Shown here: piece after piece, positions 1 through 8,711 of the stretch
Layout: each line of letters opens with the position of its first letter
Numbering within the stretch: position 1 is the first letter of the stretch
Assembly (NCBI GenBank): GCA_028864975.1
Contig: JAGWLG010000006.1
Location: forward strand, 1 to 64,000
Length of the DNA: 64,000 nt
Reading direction: 5' to 3'
DNA from: Thermoplasmata archaeon
GTDB lineage: Archaea > Thermoplasmatota > Thermoplasmata > Lutacidiplasmatales > UBA184
Notes under the pieces: generated by a model
The model's input: the letters and a program-made list of their open reading frames with translations, nothing else
Databases searched by the model: none
Told to the model about the DNA's origin: nothing
Made by a program: the position numbers and the translations under genes

Positions 1-1
1 G

Positions 2-79
2 TACCGGGTCGCGGACCTCCATACCGAACGCGAGGACCTCGAAGCGTACTTCTTCCGGCTTATCGAGGAGGCACGATGA
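2..79 (+). CDS. 3' end of probable ABC transporter ATP-binding protein (partial)
   Basis: Frame reads YRVADLHTEREDLEAYFFRLIEEAR*, resembling the 'LEdyF' tail of ABC-2 ATPases; its stop overlaps the permease ATG (ATGA at 76-79). Confidence 0.6.
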   Translation, partial: YRVADLHTEREDLEAYFFRLIEEAR

Positions 80-921
80 ACCCCTTCTTCTACGACGTGC
101 TCCGCGTGCTCCGCAACCGCGGGGTTCTGGTCCTTGTCGTGCTGACGAGTCTCCTAGCGCTTGTGGCGCTGACCATCTACGACGTGCTGAGCGCCCCTGG
201 CTCCCCTGCCCAGGCGAGCGAAGACACGGTCGTGGTGGTCCTGATCATGGGAATGATCTACGCGTTCTTCGTCCCCATCCTGGGCATTCAAACCGGATAT
301 GCCACCTATGCCCGGGACCACGCGACCGGCGTGCTGGAGTCCATCCTCGTCCGTCCGATCTCTCGGTCGAGGCTCATCCTCTCCCGGTATCTTGCGGTGG
401 TCGTTGCTTCAGCGGCCGCCATCGCGTGCGCCCTCCTCTTCCTGGACGCCTTGAACCTGCTCGAGACCGGCTACGCCCTCCCCGCCGACCAGCTCGTCGG
501 GCTCTACGGGGCCCTTCTCGCGGAGGCCGTGTCGTTCGCGGGTGTCCTCTTTCTCATCGCCCACCTGTTGCGCTCCCCAGGGGCCATCCTGGGTTCGGCC
601 GTCGTGGTCTTCGTCCTGATCGATGTCGTGTGGTTCTTTCTGCTCTTCTTCTTGGGGATCATTCCGCTCTTCACCGCGGGTTCTTCGGGGGTAAAGACCG
701 AAGCGATGACCCGCATCGTCGAACTGGAGTACTCGGACCCCGCCGGGTTGCCGTTCCTCGCGCTGGTGGAGGTGCAGGGAGGGTTCTTTGGCGGTTTCAT
801 CCGTCCCCCGGGTGGGCTGGCCAGCGTGGGCTTGACCCCGGCGGGCTTGATCCTCGCGGGGTTGTTCTGGTCGCTGCTCCCGTTCCTTCTGGCCTTCGTC
901 CTCGCCCGCAAGCGGGATTGA
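76..921 (+). CDS. ABC-2 type transporter permease
   Basis: About 6 hydrophobic segments; 'ARDHATGVLESILVRPISRSRLILSRY' matches the ABC-2 permease E-x3-G-T/V-L-x4-P-x-SR motif. Confidence 0.85.
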   Translation: MNPFFYDVLRVLRNRGVLVLVVLTSLLALVALTIYDVLSAPGSPAQASEDTVVVVLIMGMIYAFFVPILGIQTGYATYARDHATGVLESILVRPISRSRLILSRYLAVVVASAAAIACALLFLDALNLLETGYALPADQLVGLYGALLAEAVSFAGVLFLIAHLLRSPGAILGSAVVVFVLIDVVWFFLLFFLGIIPLFTAGSSGVKTEAMTRIVELEYSDPAGLPFLALVEVQGGFFGGFIRPPGGLASVGLTPAGLILAGLFWSLLPFLLAFVLARKRD

Positions 922-932
922 TCCCGCTGCCT

Positions 933-1514
933 CTACGCGTCGACCACGTTCTCGGAGTGGGGCTCTGACTCCTTCTCTTCCGCTAGAGGGGAGGTTTCGG
1001 GCTCGCTCTCCGAGCTCTGCCCGGGCTTCCTGGACTTCGCGCGTTCTTCGCGGAGCTCCTCCTTCTCATCCCGCAGGGCCTTGGTCCGGACCATCGTGAG
1101 CTTCAGGGCCACGAGGAAGACCGCCAGCCCGCTCAGGTGGGCGCCGGTGCAGATGATGCACACGGCATGGAGGCTCGCCTCGACCGAGACGAAGTAGGCC
1201 GCGAAGATGAGCCCGACCCCAGACAAGAGCAGGATCATTTGGAGAAAGCGCGGGTCGGAGGAGCGCATCAAGAGGACCGTGAGCGCCAGGAGGACCACGA
1301 ATCCCGCAAGCCCGATGGACCAGTCCTGTACCCCGAAGACCGTGGTATGCCCGCTGGTCAGGACCTGCGTGCACGAAAGCCATGGGAGGACGGGCGGAGA
1401 GCAGTACTGGGCGAGGGTCGCGTCCAGGACCTCCCCCATCGCATAGAGGCTGAAGATCACGCCAAGGGTGGCGAAGGCCAGCATGGCACGTTCGAGGACG
1501 TCCGCGTCGGCCAC
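933..1514 (-). CDS. Vitamin K epoxide reductase (VKOR) family membrane protein
   Basis: Loop Cys pair (YCSPPVLPWLSC), 'VLTSGH', 4 TM segments, active-site CxxC (CIIC), charged C-terminal tail. Confidence 0.85.
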   Translation of the reverse strand: MADADVLERAMLAFATLGVIFSLYAMGEVLDATLAQYCSPPVLPWLSCTQVLTSGHTTVFGVQDWSIGLAGFVVLLALTVLLMRSSDPRFLQMILLLSGVGLIFAAYFVSVEASLHAVCIICTGAHLSGLAVFLVALKLTMVRTKALRDEKEELREERAKSRKPGQSSESEPETSPLAEEKESEPHSENVVDA

Positions 1515-1582
1515 TTGCTCCTTCCCTCCGAACAGTGTCCCTAGCTTCGGTCCGTCGAGGAGAAGATCGCGGAAGGTCTGCG

Positions 1583-2803
1583 TTACGTGATCTGGATGTA
1601 GTCGTTACCCACGACGGTTCCCGGCGTCGTGTACTGCGAGGGTGGGGTCTGACCATTGTCCACGAGGACCTTCGCGATGTACGCTTCGAGCCAGAACTGC
1701 GCCGGAAGGATCGCCTGGCAGTCGGACCCCCCGCTGCTGGGATTGTTGCCGCACGTCACCAGGTCCTGGGCCACCGTCTGTGGGGAGAGGGGTGTGCTCG
1801 AAGACTGGGTAGGATCGCTCCGAAGCTGACCCGGGGACACGAGCGAGCCCGTGTGGACGTAGATGCCACCGACCACGATGAACGGGATGCCGGCCTGGGG
1901 CCCGGTGTTGTAGGCGCTCACGTAGGCTGACTCCGGACAGCTCACCGCGGGAAGGGTGATCTGGGAATCGTCGGAGGTTTCGTGGGGGTCCCAGCTTAGG
2001 TACTGGCTGTTGGTGCTCGAACTCACAAAGTTCACTTCTGGGGTGTTGGGATAAACATCCCCGGGATCGGACGTTCCGAAGCTGACCCCCAAGAGGGCAC
2101 TGGAGTAGTTGACGAGGGCTCCTTTGAAGGCCCAGCTCGAAGCGGAGCAGTACGGGCACGCGATCGAACCGTAGTAGAAGAAGACCGGAAGGCCTCCTCG
2201 GGTCCACATCGGATTGTTGACCTTGAACCAGCCGCTGTCCCCCGTGGGTCCGAGTTCCCCGGTGTGAGCGCTGGTCAAACTGGGGCATCCCGCGGCTCCT
2301 GCCAGAAGGACGAGCACTCCCGTAAGAACGAGTCCAATGATGACCCCGGAGATCAGGCCCTTCTTCCAGACCCGCAGGACCTTCTGGCCGCCGGAGATGA
2401 AGGCGAAGGCCAGGAGCGCGATGCCGACGATGGCGATCGCGAGCAAGACCGTGGGGATGAGCTGGGAGGCCGCGCTGACCACCGGGAACTCGAAGTTGAC
2501 CAGGTACGGGAGCGCGCCCACGAGGGCGATGAGGATTCCGAGTACCGCCAGCAGCCGGTAGAGCTTCTTCCGGGTGAACCCCCCGGTCCCTCCCGCCGCT
2601 TGGCCTCCGCCCTCCGCAGAGGGGACACCGGACTTGGCCTGGCGCTTGGTCCGCGATCTTCGCTGGAAGTAGAGCGCCTTGAGGGCGAGCCCGGGCTTCT
2701 CCGTGCCCTCCGGTGCGGCGAACTCCACCTTGTCGTCGGTGGCGATCTCCTCCCAGCTCAGCCCCTTGGCGCGGAGCTTCTCCACCCGCTCCCAGTCGGT
2801 CAT
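1583..2803 (-). CDS. DUF929-like membrane-anchored thioredoxin-fold protein
   Basis: Start reassigned to ATG 2803 (MTDWERVEKL); 3 TM segments followed by 'FFYYGSIACPYCSASSWA', 'YPNTP' and 'GIPFIVVGG'. Confidence 0.7.
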   Translation of the reverse strand: MTDWERVEKLRAKGLSWEEIATDDKVEFAAPEGTEKPGLALKALYFQRRSRTKRQAKSGVPSAEGGGQAAGGTGGFTRKKLYRLLAVLGILIALVGALPYLVNFEFPVVSAASQLIPTVLLAIAIVGIALLAFAFISGGQKVLRVWKKGLISGVIIGLVLTGVLVLLAGAAGCPSLTSAHTGELGPTGDSGWFKVNNPMWTRGGLPVFFYYGSIACPYCSASSWAFKGALVNYSSALLGVSFGTSDPGDVYPNTPEVNFVSSSTNSQYLSWDPHETSDDSQITLPAVSCPESAYVSAYNTGPQAGIPFIVVGGIYVHTGSLVSPGQLRSDPTQSSSTPLSPQTVAQDLVTCGNNPSSGGSDCQAILPAQFWLEAYIAKVLVDNGQTPPSQYTTPGTVVGNDYIQIT

Positions 2804-2996
2804 CGAGGATCCTAGCTCTCCCGTGCCCTGAGGAGGACGGCCGCGGCCGGTCGACCGAAGGGCGAAGTGGCGAACCGGGGGGTGTTCATCTCCTTTTCCG
2901 GCTCGCAGAAGGGGGCACTCTTCTTCCTCCCTTGCTGCCGGGTCGGCCTGGTCGTTGAGCAAGAGAAGATAAGCTCACGGGGCTCTCTCCCCTGCG

Positions 2997-4151
2997 ATGG
3001 CGAAGGACCTCATCGAGGAGACCATCGGCTCGCTGGGGCTTCCGGACGAGGAGGCGCGTGCGGCCGCGCATGCTCGCTGGGCGATCCTGGCCACGGCGGA
3101 GGGGTCCCTGGGGAGGCTCCAGACCCTCGCCGAGCACCTGGCCGCTATCCGTGGTAACGAGCAACCGACCTTCCACCACAAAGCGGTCGTGGTGTTCGTC
3201 GCCGACCACGGGGTGACGGAGGAGGGCGTCTCCTCCCATCCTCGTGAGCTCACGGCGGGCATGCTGCACAACCTCTTGGACGGCGGGGCCGCGATCACGG
3301 TCTTCTCCCGCTTCCTGCGGGCAGAGCTCCACGTGGTGGACGTGGGGGTCGACGCTCCGCCCATACCTCCTCGCCCGGGGTTCTTCTCCCGGAAGATCGC
3401 GCGCGGGACGAGGAACTTCGCCCGTGAGCCCGCCATGACCCCATCCCAGGCGCGGGAGTCGGTCCGCATCGGGATCGAGGTCGCCCTGAACCTCATCGCT
3501 GCAGGGGCGGACCTCATGGCGATCGGGGACCTCGGGATCGGGAACACCACCTCCGCTTCGGCCATGCTGGCCGGCCTGACCGGGATGTCGGTCGAGAAGC
3601 TCGTCGGGCCGGGGACCGGGACGCGAGAGGAGCAGGTCCGCCGCAAGGTCATGGTCATTTCGAGCGCCCTGGAGCGGCACGTGCCACGCCGCGAGGACCC
3701 CTGGGAGGTGCTGGAGCGGGTCGGAGGCTTCGAGATCGGGGCGATGGCCGGGGCCTTCCTCGGCGCAGCGTCGCAGAGGGTCCCCGCGATCGTCGACGGG
3801 CTCACCTCCTCCGCGGCGGCGCTCTTCGCCCTCACCCTGGCACCTCGCCTCGGCCCCTTCCTCGTACCCTCCCACGCGTCGGAGGAGCCCGGTCACCGGG
3901 TCGCGCTCGACGCTCTGGGCCTCCAGCCCTACTTTGATTTCGCAACGCGGATGGGCGAAGGCACCAGCGCCGCCCTCCAGATGGGCCTTTGCGACCTCGC
4001 CAGCAGGCTCCTGCGGGAGATGGCCACGGTCGAGGAGGTCGCAGCCGCCAAGGAGGAGGCGTTCAACAGCTCTCCCCGCAATGGAACTTCTCCATCCCCG
4101 GTATCCCCGCGTCCTCCTGGAGCCCGGGACTCCGCCCCCCCAGCCCGCTAG
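2997..4151 (+). CDS. cobT: Nicotinate-nucleotide-dimethylbenzimidazole phosphoribosyltransferase (bacterial type)
   Basis: Motifs GSLGRL, ADHGV, GIGNTT, GPGTG, GGFEIG, VDG, MGEGT. Confidence 0.9.
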   Translation: MAKDLIEETIGSLGLPDEEARAAAHARWAILATAEGSLGRLQTLAEHLAAIRGNEQPTFHHKAVVVFVADHGVTEEGVSSHPRELTAGMLHNLLDGGAAITVFSRFLRAELHVVDVGVDAPPIPPRPGFFSRKIARGTRNFAREPAMTPSQARESVRIGIEVALNLIAAGADLMAIGDLGIGNTTSASAMLAGLTGMSVEKLVGPGTGTREEQVRRKVMVISSALERHVPRREDPWEVLERVGGFEIGAMAGAFLGAASQRVPAIVDGLTSSAAALFALTLAPRLGPFLVPSHASEEPGHRVALDALGLQPYFDFATRMGEGTSAALQMGLCDLASRLLREMATVEEVAAAKEEAFNSSPRNGTSPSPVSPRPPGARDSAPPAR

Positions 4152-4160
4152 GGCTCTGCG

Positions 4161-4820
4161 ATGGCCCCCCGTCCCCCCGCCCCGACGCGGACGGAACGGA
4201 ACCCCACGAAGGGCGAGGCGCGGTCCTCGCGCGAGCTCTATCATCGACTGGCTTCTGCGCCCCAGGGATTCGAGAAGGGAACCTCCTCGCATCGGCCTCT
4301 CGGCCCCCCGAAGGGGGAGGCGGCCGTGCTCGTGCTCTTCCGGTTGCAGCACGCCCGCTCCGAGCTCCTGCTGATCCGAAGGTCCGACCGGGAGGGTGAC
4401 CCCTGGTCCGGCCACGTGGCGTTCCCGGGGGGTCGACGCGAGGACAGCGACGGCGCTCTCGCCGCGACCGCGGTGCGCGAAACGAAGGAGGAGGTGGGGA
4501 TCTCGTTGGAACAGCTGGAAGGGCCTCCCATTCCGGTGGGGAAGCGTGTGCCGGCGAACCGGCCGTGGCTCCACGTCGGGGTCTTCCTGAGCGTCCTGAA
4601 GGATGGTGAGGCCGCCCCCCTATCCTTGAGCCCAGAGGTCGCCGAGGCCTTCTGGACACCGCTCCATGAACTTCGGCCCTCGCAAGGCCCCGTCGAGGTC
4701 CTCGGCTCGGAGGGCCATCTCCGAGCGGAAGCCCTCCGGTTCGGCGACCAGGTCATATGGGGGTTCACCCGGCGGGTTCTGCTGGACGTGCTGGGGGCCT
4801 ACGGCCCCCTCTTACCCTGA
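4161..4820 (+). CDS. Nudix hydrolase, CoA pyrophosphatase-like
   Basis: 'WSGHVAFPGGR' plus Nudix box 'AVRETKEEVGI'; C-terminal 'IWGFT'. Confidence 0.85.
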   Translation: MAPRPPAPTRTERNPTKGEARSSRELYHRLASAPQGFEKGTSSHRPLGPPKGEAAVLVLFRLQHARSELLLIRRSDREGDPWSGHVAFPGGRREDSDGALAATAVRETKEEVGISLEQLEGPPIPVGKRVPANRPWLHVGVFLSVLKDGEAAPLSLSPEVAEAFWTPLHELRPSQGPVEVLGSEGHLRAEALRFGDQVIWGFTRRVLLDVLGAYGPLLP

Positions 4821-5447
4821 GACCCCGCTGGGAAGTGGACGGTCGAACGGGGTACGGGTGGAAGCGCCGCTGACCAGGGCGTTCGCGCGCTTGACCCCGT
4901 GACGGTAGGCGGCGTAGGTGATGAAGAACGCCACCGCGATCGCCATGAGTGCCACGGCGACCAGGTTCGCTTCGTCCCTGCTTCCTCCTCCCTTCAGGGT
5001 GCCGTAGGCGCTGCGGAAGCCTTCCGCGTAGACCGCGATGTCCATCACCTCGGCGAAGACGTTCCATATCGAGATCGCGACGGTGCCGAAGGAGCGCTGT
5101 CGGTACGCCACCGCGACGGACTGGGCGGTCACCACCAGACCGAAGCCGATGATCATGGCCCCGAAGACCAGGAAGTCGAAGGCGAGGATCAGGGAGAACG
5201 AGGCCCCGTCCAAGAACCCGAGCTGGAGCGCCGCGAATCCGAGGACGATCATCATCACGTACGACATGCCCGCGAAGGCGAGCCCCAGACCGGCGTAGGC
5301 CGCGGCCCGGGCCAGGAGGGGGGGCTTCTCCCCAGGCGTCTTGGCGATGAGCGTCAGGGAGAAGCCCGACATGTAAGCATTCCAGATCGAGATCGCAAAA
5401 TCGATCACGAGGAAGACCACGAGGAGGGCGAGGCCCAGGTCGACCAC
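4812..5447 (-). CDS. Hypothetical multi-pass membrane protein
   Basis: About 5 hydrophobic helices; GTG 5447 chosen because the upstream part of the listed ORF is antisense to the next gene. Confidence 0.65.
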   Translation of the reverse strand: MVDLGLALLVVFLVIDFAISIWNAYMSGFSLTLIAKTPGEKPPLLARAAAYAGLGLAFAGMSYVMMIVLGFAALQLGFLDGASFSLILAFDFLVFGAMIIGFGLVVTAQSVAVAYRQRSFGTVAISIWNVFAEVMDIAVYAEGFRSAYGTLKGGGSRDEANLVAVALMAIAVAFFITYAAYRHGVKRANALVSGASTRTPFDRPLPSGVSG

Positions 5448-5619
5448 GGTCGTACCACCCCTCTCGATACATGAAGAATGACTTCCTCGACGGTCCGTCA
5501 CAGAAAGACTCCTCTCTTTGGCTCGGTCCCCCACCTTGGACCATTCTGTTGCCCCAAGGCGGTCCTCGGTTCCAAAGCGGAACCTCACATTCATCCCCTC
5601 CCCCTCCGAGACGCTCCCC

Positions 5620-7182
5620 ATGAGCGGTGTCCTGAGCCCGACGGCGCCCACCCATGCCGAGCCCCTGACCGTAAGCGAGAGCTCCGATGGGGTTCCCCCG
5701 GAGCTACTGGCCTTCCTGACCGAGGGGGGAGGCCGGTCGCTCTCCATTCGCGGAAGGCCAGGGACGGGCAAGACCTCTCTTGCCCTAGAGATGCTGGCCA
5801 GGGTGCCCGGTCGTCGCTTCTTCCTGTCCACGCGTGTGGACCAGATGCGGCTGTTCAAGCAGTTCCCGTTCCTGACCTCCAGGTACGAGCGGATCGAGGT
5901 CGTCGACCTGGCCTCGATGCGGGCGGAACGCCTTCTGATGAAGTCGGACGTCTCGCGGGTGACCTCGTTGGTGGTGGGGAACCCAGGTCCGTCGTCCAAG
6001 GTCGATCTCGGACGCTTCCTGACCCTGCCTCCCCCCGTCCAAGAGCTCTACAGTCGCACGCCGGAAGGGCCGGGCCGCGCGACCGTGGTGATCGACAGTT
6101 GGGAGGCCCTCTTGGCGGACTACGCGTCCCGCCTGACGTCGCGGTCCGAGGAGGCGCTCTCCGAGCCCGAGCTCGCCGAAGCCCTGATCTCGATGTTCGT
6201 GGGGCAAGGGACCAACGTGATCCTGGTCCGCGAGACCGCGGATCCGAACGCGGCCGACTACCTCGTCGACGGCGTGCTGGAGGCCCGCCGCGAGGTCTTC
6301 CAGGACCACGTCTTCCGGGCGCTCTCCCCTCTCAAACTTCGCGGGGTCGGGGTGGGTGTCGCGGACTTTCCCTTCACCCTCCACGGGGGTCGGTTCCAGT
6401 TCCTCGGGCCCACTCCCTCCTGGCGGGCCGTGCCTCACTCGGTCCACCGGTCCCCGGAACCCGTGACCGGGGGTCCCGTCGAGTTCACCTGGGGTCACCG
6501 GCAGATGGACGAACGCCTCGCCCCCCTCTACCCTGGCGCCCTGGTCTTCCTGGAGACCGTAGCCAACGCCTCGGGAGACACGATGGGCCGCATCGACACG
6601 CACATCGGCTCGACGAACGGGCACCGCGGGCTCATGGTGACCGTGGTCCTGCCGCAGGGGCTCACGCCGAGCGTGATCCGCCCCGAGGTCGAGCCGGACG
6701 GGAAGTTCCCTCAGAAGTTCAGGATCATCTGGTCGGTCCCTTCCCGCGGGCCCTCGCCTCGGACACAATTCCAGGTCCCCGCGGAGAGCCTCGTCCCCTA
6801 TGCGCTCGACGGCATGCCCCCCAAGGAGCCGGAGGAGCTCGCTACGATCGTTGCGGGCGAGGGGGCCGGGCCGGCCGTCGTCATCGCATCCACCTCGATG
6901 CTGGCGGCTATGGCCGGGAGGGACGAGAAGAAGTTCGAGCCCTTCCTGTCGGCGCTCATCCAGACGGTGCGGGCCCGCGGCGGGCTCCTCGTGCTCTACG
7001 GCTACGACTACAACGCGGGGTCGCGCTTCCTCACGGGCGAAGCAAGCCATCACCTGAGGATCTTCGAACGGGATGGGCTTCCGTTGCTCGAGGAGGTCCA
7101 CCACGGGAAGCCGCTCTACGCGATCCGAGCGCCGCGCGACCCCCGGAGCTTCCCCATCTTCGAACTGGTGCCGGTGCTCTGA
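5620..7182 (+). CDS. GvpD-like / KaiC-superfamily P-loop ATPase with degenerate second RecA domain
   Basis: Walker A GRPGTGKT, 'FLSTRVDQ' (as in GvpD), Walker B VVIDSWE, 'DYLVDGV', 'KLRG'; C-terminal half lacks Walker A. Start may be 5518 or 5620. Confidence 0.75.
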   Translation: MSGVLSPTAPTHAEPLTVSESSDGVPPELLAFLTEGGGRSLSIRGRPGTGKTSLALEMLARVPGRRFFLSTRVDQMRLFKQFPFLTSRYERIEVVDLASMRAERLLMKSDVSRVTSLVVGNPGPSSKVDLGRFLTLPPPVQELYSRTPEGPGRATVVIDSWEALLADYASRLTSRSEEALSEPELAEALISMFVGQGTNVILVRETADPNAADYLVDGVLEARREVFQDHVFRALSPLKLRGVGVGVADFPFTLHGGRFQFLGPTPSWRAVPHSVHRSPEPVTGGPVEFTWGHRQMDERLAPLYPGALVFLETVANASGDTMGRIDTHIGSTNGHRGLMVTVVLPQGLTPSVIRPEVEPDGKFPQKFRIIWSVPSRGPSPRTQFQVPAESLVPYALDGMPPKEPEELATIVAGEGAGPAVVIASTSMLAAMAGRDEKKFEPFLSALIQTVRARGGLLVLYGYDYNAGSRFLTGEASHHLRIFERDGLPLLEEVHHGKPLYAIRAPRDPRSFPIFELVPVL

Positions 7183-7200
7183 AGCTGGGAGGGGACATCC

Positions 7201-8082
7201 ATGTCGAGTAGGGTCCTTGCCTCCGCCCCTTCACCCGAGATCAACGTCATCGCGAACGACGAGGCGGTTCGCCGAGCTCTGCTGGGCATCGTCCGTTCAA
7301 CGAAGTTCCGCGCCCGTATCGCAGAACCGCGTCCCATCGGCGGCGACGTCCCCGAGGATCACCGGCCGAGCGTGTTCCTGGGCTACGCGCGGGATGTGCA
7401 AGAGGCCCGCTTGTTCTTCACCCAGCTGACCCGAGACGACCAGGGTCAGAAGCCCTGGGTGCTGCTTCTCGCCCCCTCCGCACCCCCAGCCGCCATGCAG
7501 GAGGCCCGCCGGATGGGTGGTCCTGTTCACCGACTCCCGCTCCCGCCTTTGCTTCTCCGTGAGGCGCTGGAGGAGGCCGTTCGAGACTGCCCCGAGGCGG
7601 CCACGACGGCACGGGCGGAGCCGGGGAGGGAGGGCGCAGGGGGTCCTCCTGAGGAGACGTTCTTGCCTCGCGCACCGGTTGGGGGCTCCCTGACCGCACC
7701 CAGCGACCCCAAGAGCACTTTCCGCCTGAGCGGACGAGCGGGGCATTCCCGTGGGAGAGAGCTTTCCGTCCTGCTCCTGTGTTCGCAGGATCCCGCGGCA
7801 GCCGGAGTGCGCAGGACGTTCATGGCGTACGCGAAGGCGAGATCTGCACCGGTCGACGGCTCACGCGCGACCGCTCCTCCCGCGCAAGAACTCACGATGG
7901 TCCCGAGTCAGGTATCGTTGGACGCTCCTTCGCGGGTTGCGCTACCCGGGAGTGGCAGGTTGCGGGAGATGGTCCGCTCAGGAGTTCGGGAGCTCGTCTC
8001 GGGGAGAGATAGGGTCCTCCCGGCAAGCGCGCTGTCGCGTTCTCGGATCATCGGGACCCATAAGTTTAAAAACCACACTTAA
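7201..8082 (+). CDS. Hypothetical protein, possibly pseudo-receiver (REC-like) domains
   Basis: GGAGG SD before ATG, 18 nt after the ATPase stop; two segments with a beta-alpha pattern like REC starts (INVIANDEAVRRAL; VLLLCSQDPAAAGVRR). Confidence 0.5.
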   Translation: MSSRVLASAPSPEINVIANDEAVRRALLGIVRSTKFRARIAEPRPIGGDVPEDHRPSVFLGYARDVQEARLFFTQLTRDDQGQKPWVLLLAPSAPPAAMQEARRMGGPVHRLPLPPLLLREALEEAVRDCPEAATTARAEPGREGAGGPPEETFLPRAPVGGSLTAPSDPKSTFRLSGRAGHSRGRELSVLLLCSQDPAAAGVRRTFMAYAKARSAPVDGSRATAPPAQELTMVPSQVSLDAPSRVALPGSGRLREMVRSGVRELVSGRDRVLPASALSRSRIIGTHKFKNHT

Positions 8083-8086
8083 ATAC
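8062..8086 (+). promoter_or_regulatory. TATA-like elements upstream of tbp
   Basis: TTTAAAAA (8065-8072) and CTTAAATA (8078-8085) in a GC-rich background; the second lies about 21-28 nt before the ATG. Confidence 0.6.
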
Positions 8087-8105
8087 TCGGGCGGGGCCGT
8101 TCCAG

Positions 8106-8654
8106 ATGGCAAAGATCCGGATCGAGAACGTCGTCGCGTCAACTTCGCTCGGAGACGAACTCGACCTACAGGCCATCGCGCTCGCCTTGGACGGCGCGGA
8201 GTACGAGCCGGAACAGTTCCCAGGGCTCATCTACCGCCTGAAAGAGCCGAAGACGGCGATCCTGCTCTTCCGCAGTGGGAAGGTCGTGTGCACCGGGGCC
8301 AAGAGCATGGCCGAGGTGGAGGAGTCCATCCACAAGGTCGCTCAGCAGATCCGCAAGGCGGGCCAGAAGGTCAACACGCGGCCCAAGATCGAGGTCCAGA
8401 ACATCGTCGCTTCCTCCGACCTCGAGTCCGAGATCAACCTGAACGCCATCGCCGTGACCCTGGGGCTCGAGCGTGTCGAGTACGAGCCCGAGCAGTTCCC
8501 AGGGCTCGTCTGCCGCATCGACGAGCCGCGGGTCGTGGTCCTGCTCTTCGGCAGCGGCAAGCTCGTCTGTACAGGGGCCCGCAAGCCCTCGGACGTCGAA
8601 GTGGCGGTCCAGAAGATCACGAAGGAGCTCCAGGGCGCGGGTCTGCTCCGCTGA
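8106..8654 (+). CDS. tbp: TATA-box binding protein
   Basis: Two direct repeats 'IENVVAS...EYEPEQFPGLIYR' / 'VQNIVAS...EYEPEQFPGLVCR' and 'LLFxSGKxVCTGA'. Confidence 0.98.
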   Translation: MAKIRIENVVASTSLGDELDLQAIALALDGAEYEPEQFPGLIYRLKEPKTAILLFRSGKVVCTGAKSMAEVEESIHKVAQQIRKAGQKVNTRPKIEVQNIVASSDLESEINLNAIAVTLGLERVEYEPEQFPGLVCRIDEPRVVVLLFGSGKLVCTGARKPSDVEVAVQKITKELQGAGLLR

Positions 8655-8711
8655 ACCGGGGCCGGTCCTGAGCGACCGGGCTCGAGCACGGCAGACGGGG
8701 GCGTGAGAGCG

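Noticed and set aside
2804-2996. Cobalamin riboswitch upstream of cobT
   Set aside because: No B12-box or GGGAA...GCCACUG core found on reading; the gap looks like a divergent promoter region
5620-7182. Gas vesicle gene cluster
   Set aside because: Only a GvpD-like ATPase is present; no gvpA, C, N or other structural genes in the window
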